Of a stretch of DNA of 64,000 nucleotides, positions 58,892-64,000 are shown piece after piece; position 1 is the first letter of the stretch, and each line of letters opens with the position of its first letter. The position numbers and the translations under genes are program-made. The DNA lies in NCBI GenBank assembly GCA_963662655.2, contig CAXXTU010000001.1, forward strand, positions 72,083-136,082. The letters are read 5' to 3'. The notes below the pieces were generated by a model. It ran no database searches and was not told where the DNA came from. It saw only the letters and a list, made by a program, of their open reading frames with translations. The stretch is from Candidatus Cloacimonadales bacterium (lineage in GTDB: Bacteria > Cloacimonadota > Cloacimonadia > Cloacimonadales > JAIOQZ01).

Positions 58892-60070
58892 GTGACTGGC
58901 CTGCCCAATCAGTTTGCTCTCGTCGGAGCTCGTATCTATACCGCTGCCGGAGAACCTCTCGATCAGGGAATCATCCTGATCGAGGAAGGACATATCAAGG
59001 CTGTTGGACAGGGGATTGACGTTCCTGCGGATTGGACGCGGTTCGATCTCCAGGGAAAAAGCATTACACCGGGATTCATCGATGCGCATTGCCACATCGG
59101 TGTGTTCAATGAAGGAGCCGGGGAAGTGGGGCATGACGGTAACGACTATGGAGAACCCGTCCAGCCCATGCTCCGCGCCCTGGACGCAATCTATCCCGAT
59201 GATCCTGCTTTTGTCGATGCACTGCAGAACGGTATCACCTCCATGTGTATCTCCCCAGGAAGCGGAAACGTGATCGGCGGCCAGATGGCGCTGCTGAAGA
59301 ATCGCGGCAACATTGTGGAAGACATGCTCGTGGACGAATTTGTGGGCTTGAAATGCGCCTTCGGCGAGAATCCGAAGGTGCGTTACGCGAGTCTGAGGAA
59401 GATTCCCGGCACCCGCATGGGAATCGCTGCGATGATCCGCAAGCATTTCCTGAAGGCTAGTCAATACAATGAGCGAAAGACGCGCCATCATGAAGAGGAG
59501 AAGTACTTCGAGCACGATCCGGAGATGGAAGTGCTCGGAAAAATCCTCTCGCGAGACCTGCCCTTGCGCGCACATGCCCATCGCATGGACGACATCCAGA
59601 CGGCCATTCGCATCGCGGAGGAATTCGATCTCCGATTGGTGATCGAGCACTGCACCGAAGGCTGGACGATTGCCGATTTCCTCGCGAGGAAGCAAGTTCC
59701 CGTCATCATCGGACCGCTCAACAGTACGCGCACCAAGTTCGAGCTGCGCAACAAGTCGCTCGAATCTGCCGGCGTTCTGGAAAAGGCGGGAGTACAATTC
59801 TCGATCATGTCGGACGCACCCGTGGAGCGGATCGGCGCACTTTTTGACGACGTCCGCCTTGCCATCCGCAACGGCCTTTCCGAAAGAACCGCGCTTGAGG
59901 CGATCACGATTAGGCCGGCTCGCATTCTCGGATACGAGAAGCAAATCGGAAGCTTGGAATCCGGCAAACAAGCCGACATCAACGTTTTTTCCGGTGATCC
60001 GTTCGACAGCAGAAACCGCGTCGAGGCGGTGATCATCGATGGCAAACTACAATATGGAGCAATTCAATGA
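58892..60070 (+). CDS. Amidohydrolase (imidazolonepropionase-like superfamily)
   Basis: 'PGFIDAHCHIG', 'KCAFGENPK', 'HAHRMDDI', 'IEHCTEG', 'GSLESGKQAD'. Confidence 0.88.
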   Translation: MTGLPNQFALVGARIYTAAGEPLDQGIILIEEGHIKAVGQGIDVPADWTRFDLQGKSITPGFIDAHCHIGVFNEGAGEVGHDGNDYGEPVQPMLRALDAIYPDDPAFVDALQNGITSMCISPGSGNVIGGQMALLKNRGNIVEDMLVDEFVGLKCAFGENPKVRYASLRKIPGTRMGIAAMIRKHFLKASQYNERKTRHHEEEKYFEHDPEMEVLGKILSRDLPLRAHAHRMDDIQTAIRIAEEFDLRLVIEHCTEGWTIADFLARKQVPVIIGPLNSTRTKFELRNKSLESAGVLEKAGVQFSIMSDAPVERIGALFDDVRLAIRNGLSERTALEAITIRPARILGYEKQIGSLESGKQADINVFSGDPFDSRNRVEAVIIDGKLQYGAIQ

Positions 60071-61411
60071 GTAAACTTATGACCAGCGTTTCAGGCGTAC
60101 GTGGCGTCTATGGCGACACCCTGCCCCCCTGACATCGCCTTACAATACGCCGCGCATTTCGGTATCCTCCAGAACCGCGGCAAGATTATTATCGGACGCG
60201 ACTCACGCAGAACGGGGCCGGCCATGCTTCACGCCGTTGTCTCTGGACTGATGAGCGTGGGCTGCGATGTTGTCGATCTGGGAATAGTGCCGACGCCTAC
60301 GGTTTTACTGGCAGTAGAAGAAAGCGACGCTGCTGGAGGCATCTGCATCACCGCTTCCCACAACCCTGCGCAGTGGAACGCGATGAAGTTCGTCGATTCG
60401 AACGGCCTGTTCCTCTTCCCCGAGAAGGCGGCAACGTTCCTTGCGATGTTTGACGACCCGATCTTCTATGCCGAGTGGGACCACATGGGAACATTCAGCG
60501 AGGACGATCAGGCTGTGGGCAGGCATATCGACAAGATATTCTCCGTCCCGTACCTCGATATCGAAGCGATCAGGGCGCGCAGGTTCAAAGTTGCCATCGA
60601 TTGCGTCAACGGGGCAGGTGGCGTGATGGCGGTCGAACTGCTGAATCAATTGAATTGCGAGGTTATGGAGCTGAATTGCGAGCAGACCGGCATTTTCGCA
60701 CATCCACCCGAGCCGCTCAACGAGAATCTCCGGCAGATTGAAGACGCGGTTCGCATCGGCATGTGCGATATCGGTTTCGCATCGGATCCCGACGCCGACC
60801 GGCTTTCCATCATCAACGAGGATGGCCAGGCGATTGGCGAAGAATTTTCGTTACTGCTCGCTGAATCATACATTCTTTCCAAAAACAAGGGCGACATCGT
60901 GACGAACCTTTCTTCGTCCATGGCTTCCGAGGACATCGCCGAAAGATTCGGCGTAACAGTACATCGCACGCGCGTGGGCGAGATAAACGTTGGCAAGAAA
61001 ATGAAAGAGTTGCAGAGTCCCGTTGGCGGCGAGGGTAACGGCGGCATTATCTGCCCGGACGTGCATTACACTCGCGACGCGTTTATCGGAATGACTCTGA
61101 TTCTTTCGTACATGGCCGAGACCGGCAAGAAGCTTTCGGAGCTTGTCGCAGAAATACCGCGCTACTACTTCGGTAAGATGAAGATCGAGGTTGCGCCCGA
61201 CATGCTCGATCCGATCATGCAGAAAGCTGAGCGTATCTATGCAGAGGAGAAGCTGGATCGGACGGACGGTCTCAAGATCATTGGCGACAAGTACTGGATT
61301 CACATCAGAAAGTCAGGAACGGAGCCAATCATCCGTGTTTACGCGGAAAGCGAATCGCCCGAGCGCTCCATAGAGCTGTGCAAGAATACAATCAAGGCTA
61401 TCACGGAATAG
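60067..61411 (+). CDS. Phosphoglucosamine mutase/phosphomannomutase family protein with a +1 frameshift near the 5' end
   Basis: The conserved N-terminus MSKLMTSVSGVRGVYGDTL starts at ATG 60067 and stops at TGA 60130-60132. The rest ('TASHNP', 'DPDADR', 'GGEGNGG', 'RKSGTEP') is in the +1 frame. Confidence 0.85.
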
Positions 61412-61430
61412 AAAACTGACATTTTTCAGG

Positions 61431-61460
61431 AAAAAACCCGCTTCACGGCGGGTTTTCTTT
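61431..61460 (+). terminator. Rho-independent terminator, possibly bidirectional
   Basis: AAAAAACCCGC-TTCACG-GCGGGTTTTCTTT. Confidence 0.8.
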
Positions 61461-61491
61461 CTTACGAAGCAGAGAGTAATCCGGGAGCTGT

Positions 61492-61625
61492 GCACCAGCC
61501 TCGCGGCGGGGCGGCGCGTGCGCTCCGCGCACTAACAGCAATTTGAGAAGTTTCTCGGCAGAAACTTCTCAAAATGCTGCCGAAGCCTGAAAGGCTTCAG
61601 CGCCGCCCCGCCGCGAGGCTAGTGC
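61492..61625 (-). repeat. Family A four-way-junction palindromic element, copy A3
   Basis: Perfect 21-bp outer stem (61497-61517 with 61600-61620) encloses three hairpins in the same order as A1 and A2 when read on the minus strand. Confidence 0.8.
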
Positions 61626-62332
61626 TACCGTTCCCCAAAATACATGAGTGGGGAGAATTTCAGCATGTAGGTGACCGAATGCGTCACATAATCTGCCGAA
61701 ACCCTGTAGCTATAGGGATAGTGATCTTCGAGAGACACGTAATAATCGGTGTTGCCGCTCTCCGTTTTGAAATGGGCGGAAAGTTCGAGGGCTATACAGA
61801 TTGATTCATTGATTGCTATGTTGTAGCCGAGTACGGGACCGATCCCGAATCCCATCATGAAACTATCACGCTCGTATTCATCATTGTCCTTGTGGTGATC
61901 TTCATTGGAGAATCCGAATTCCATAAGCAAAGACGAACCAAACCAGAGCTTGGAGCGACCTCTCTGATACAGTTTTAGTCCAAACGCATGCTCCGTTGTC
62001 ATTTTCGAGAATACTTCCGTTGCATAATCGCCTCTGAAATAGAAATCCCCGTTCTTGTAATGGCGCTGGATCATTCCGTACCCGAATCGCATACGATAGA
62101 TAAACGGAGATGTTCGGGTAACGTTCGAATCGAAAGTGAAGGCGACATCCCAGCGCGTGGAATTGAAATCGACGTCTTGCTTGTTATCGTAATATGGATC
62201 GTAAAAATCGAATTCGTAATCCGCTTCTCCGTTCTCTCCGCCGTAATTGAGTGTAACACCCAACCCAACAGCCTTCAGGCCTGCGACCGTGAGAAGCAAT
62301 ATCAATAACAGCGTTAACTTATTACTTTGCAT
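61625..62332 (-). CDS. Hypothetical secreted protein, possible outer-membrane beta-barrel
   Basis: Signal peptide; alternating aromatic/Gly beta-strand patterns such as 'GFGIGPVLGYNI'. Confidence 0.55.
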   Translation of the reverse strand: MQSNKLTLLLILLLTVAGLKAVGLGVTLNYGGENGEADYEFDFYDPYYDNKQDVDFNSTRWDVAFTFDSNVTRTSPFIYRMRFGYGMIQRHYKNGDFYFRGDYATEVFSKMTTEHAFGLKLYQRGRSKLWFGSSLLMEFGFSNEDHHKDNDEYERDSFMMGFGIGPVLGYNIAINESICIALELSAHFKTESGNTDYYVSLEDHYPYSYRVSADYVTHSVTYMLKFSPLMYFGER

Positions 62333-62662
62333 TTCAGCCCCCAGAAAATCTTGTATTCACCAAACACCGGAATGTTTTGTGGATCGTGATCAAATAACCG
62401 CTTTCACCATTTTCAATCGGAAAAGATGAATTTGTAAAGAAAAAGTTACGGTCATGGAGCTCTCGGGAAGAAGCAATCGAAAAAAATGAACGAGAAAAGG
62501 CATTTCTTCAAAACCTCCTCACCATTCGTGAAATGCAAAAAAGGACATTCCATTATATCCGATTTGTAACGTATTCCTTAAGGTTTGAAAATCCAGCGAT
62601 AACAACAAAGAACCGTCTTGCAGCATGAGCAAAACGGTTCAGCCGCAAAGAAATGACATCCT

Positions 62663-64000
62663 CTATTCGCTTTTCTTTTTTGCCGTAAGTCGATTCCCCA
62701 TTACCGTTACGACCATCTCGGAGACGGCACTGCTTTCGCGCTTGAAATCGATCAGAAAAGTATAGGGCGCATGAACGAAAAAGTGATCTTTGGATTCTGC
62801 CCTCAGCCCAATCGAATTACCCCGATCGAATAGACGGAGTTCACCGCCCTCCAGCTTGATTTCCATCCTGTCATCCGACGATATCTCGTAAATCCCTGCA
62901 TATTCGCGCAGTTCTTCTTCTGGAAGCATGATGTATGCCTTCTCCGGGAACTCCTGCTGACTTGCCCGTGCTTCTCTCGCCTGAATGATCTTCTCTTTCA
63001 GCGCTGACTTACCTTCAGCGCTTGCAGTAAGTGGTATAAAAACGACGTCGTTCTCGTATTGTCCTGTGCTGGAATCAATCCCGAAGTTACTCCAGACACA
63101 CAAGCTTCCATTGAGCGCAATTCCCTTGTTCAGAAGTTCAATCTCATCGGTGTTCATGGCAGATCGATAAATCGCAACGCCGGCAAACTTCGCTTTGGTA
63201 TTCTTCCTCAACGAGAACATTGTGGGCTCGATCCGATTCCTCAGCGCAAGCACATGCTTTCCGTTCACATTGACCTCGATCCTGCTATCCAGATAGTATT
63301 GCGAGATACTTACTCTCGCCACTTTCCCCGTATCCACCATTGCAAACTGCTCCACAGACTCTTCATCCAGTCGGATTTCGAGCCTCCCTTTTTCAATGCC
63401 AATCTTCAGAGTACCTTCCATGTGTTGGATATCTGCAATGGTTCCCGATTCTTGAGCTCTGAAATCAAACCAAAACGTGAAGCTGTGGATAACATCCTGT
63501 GGAACATAGGAAAAATCCTTTGCCAGTTCCCGGTATTCCGTCCCAGCTCGTGGGTTCAGTGATTTGACATTCTGTTCGTATGAAGCCCGGAATACTCCCG
63601 GCTCGATCGCGAAGAACATCTCTTCATGCCCCGTGTTATCAGGGTGATCCCCCTCGAATGTCGTTCCCTCCGGGAAATTACATTTCCCGTCGTCCAGCGC
63701 TCCCAGAAAATTGATCGTCGGGACATCCCATTGCGCCACTTCGATATTCATCGCTCTGACTGTTTCGTAATCCTCGGGCGTAAAGGAATCGTTCGGGTAG
63801 CAAAGTCCCACAATCGGCTCGATTCCTTTCTCGCGGCACAACGAGATAATCTTTTTCAAGCCTTCGCGATAGTGGGTCACAACAGAATCCACCGGAGCCC
63901 TTCCCAAGCCTTCGTTGGCCATTGCAAGTCCAATCAGTGCGTAATCAGGATGCAAGTCCAGCAAATCCGGCTTGATTCTCCGCAAGGATGAGCGCGTATT
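62663..64000 (-). CDS. SGNH/GDSL-like hydrolase fused to a beta-sandwich and a DUF3471-like C-terminal domain (5' end outside the window)
   Basis: Frame open to the window edge; 'NT...R...DL...PD..LIGLAMANEG', 'GDHPDNTGH' (catalytic His region), C-terminal 'LREYAGIYE'. Confidence 0.7.
   Translation of the reverse strand, partial: NTRSSLRRIKPDLLDLHPDYALIGLAMANEGLGRAPVDSVVTHYREGLKKIISLCREKGIEPIVGLCYPNDSFTPEDYETVRAMNIEVAQWDVPTINFLGALDDGKCNFPEGTTFEGDHPDNTGHEEMFFAIEPGVFRASYEQNVKSLNPRAGTEYRELAKDFSYVPQDVIHSFTFWFDFRAQESGTIADIQHMEGTLKIGIEKGRLEIRLDEESVEQFAMVDTGKVARVSISQYYLDSRIEVNVNGKHVLALRNRIEPTMFSLRKNTKAKFAGVAIYRSAMNTDEIELLNKGIALNGSLCVWSNFGIDSSTGQYENDVVFIPLTASAEGKSALKEKIIQAREARASQQEFPEKAYIMLPEEELREYAGIYEISSDDRMEIKLEGGELRLFDRGNSIGLRAESKDHFFVHAPYTFLIDFKRESSAVSEMVVTVMGNRLTAKKKSE

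Noticed and set aside
60101..61411. GTG start at 60101 from the ORF track
   Set aside because: It gives a non-homologous N-terminus (MASMATPCP); the conserved start is at 60067 in another frame.

Overview
A 64-kb bacterial chromosomal segment of moderate GC. It is probably from an anaerobic diderm such as Cloacimonadota, inferred from three secreted proteins ending in a 'PNPFNPxTTI...RKMxLxK' FlgD-Ig/T9SS-like tail, plus kdsB and a long-form hutU. Most genes are housekeeping or metabolic (lemA, feoB, PPi-type PFK, glyS, pta, kdsB, mnmG, valS, hutU, a phosphohexomutase). Accessory genes include three ~800-aa FtsX/MacB-type permeases, a dual-cyclase/ATPase/TPR protein, two GLUG-repeat surface proteins, tandem GNATs and an AT-rich HNH islet. 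I found no rRNA, tRNA, CRISPR array, integrase, transposase or reverse transcriptase. The most striking signal is non-coding: two families of structured intergenic elements whose structure is conserved by compensatory base changes. Family H is a 106-128 nt long hairpin with 4 copies. Its G-T wobbles always lie on the strand antisense to a gene ending just upstream, as with integron attC sites. Two copies bracket the GLUG gene pair as direct repeats, and one copy has a matching empty site next to a duplicated gene. Family A is a four-way-junction (cloverleaf) element with 3 copies and GNA-triloop mini-hairpins. Also noted: a +1 frameshift at CCC-TGA-C in the phosphohexomutase gene and an apparently catalytically degenerate Bpu10I-like protein. 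All family assignments come from motif recognition by eye, not database searches.
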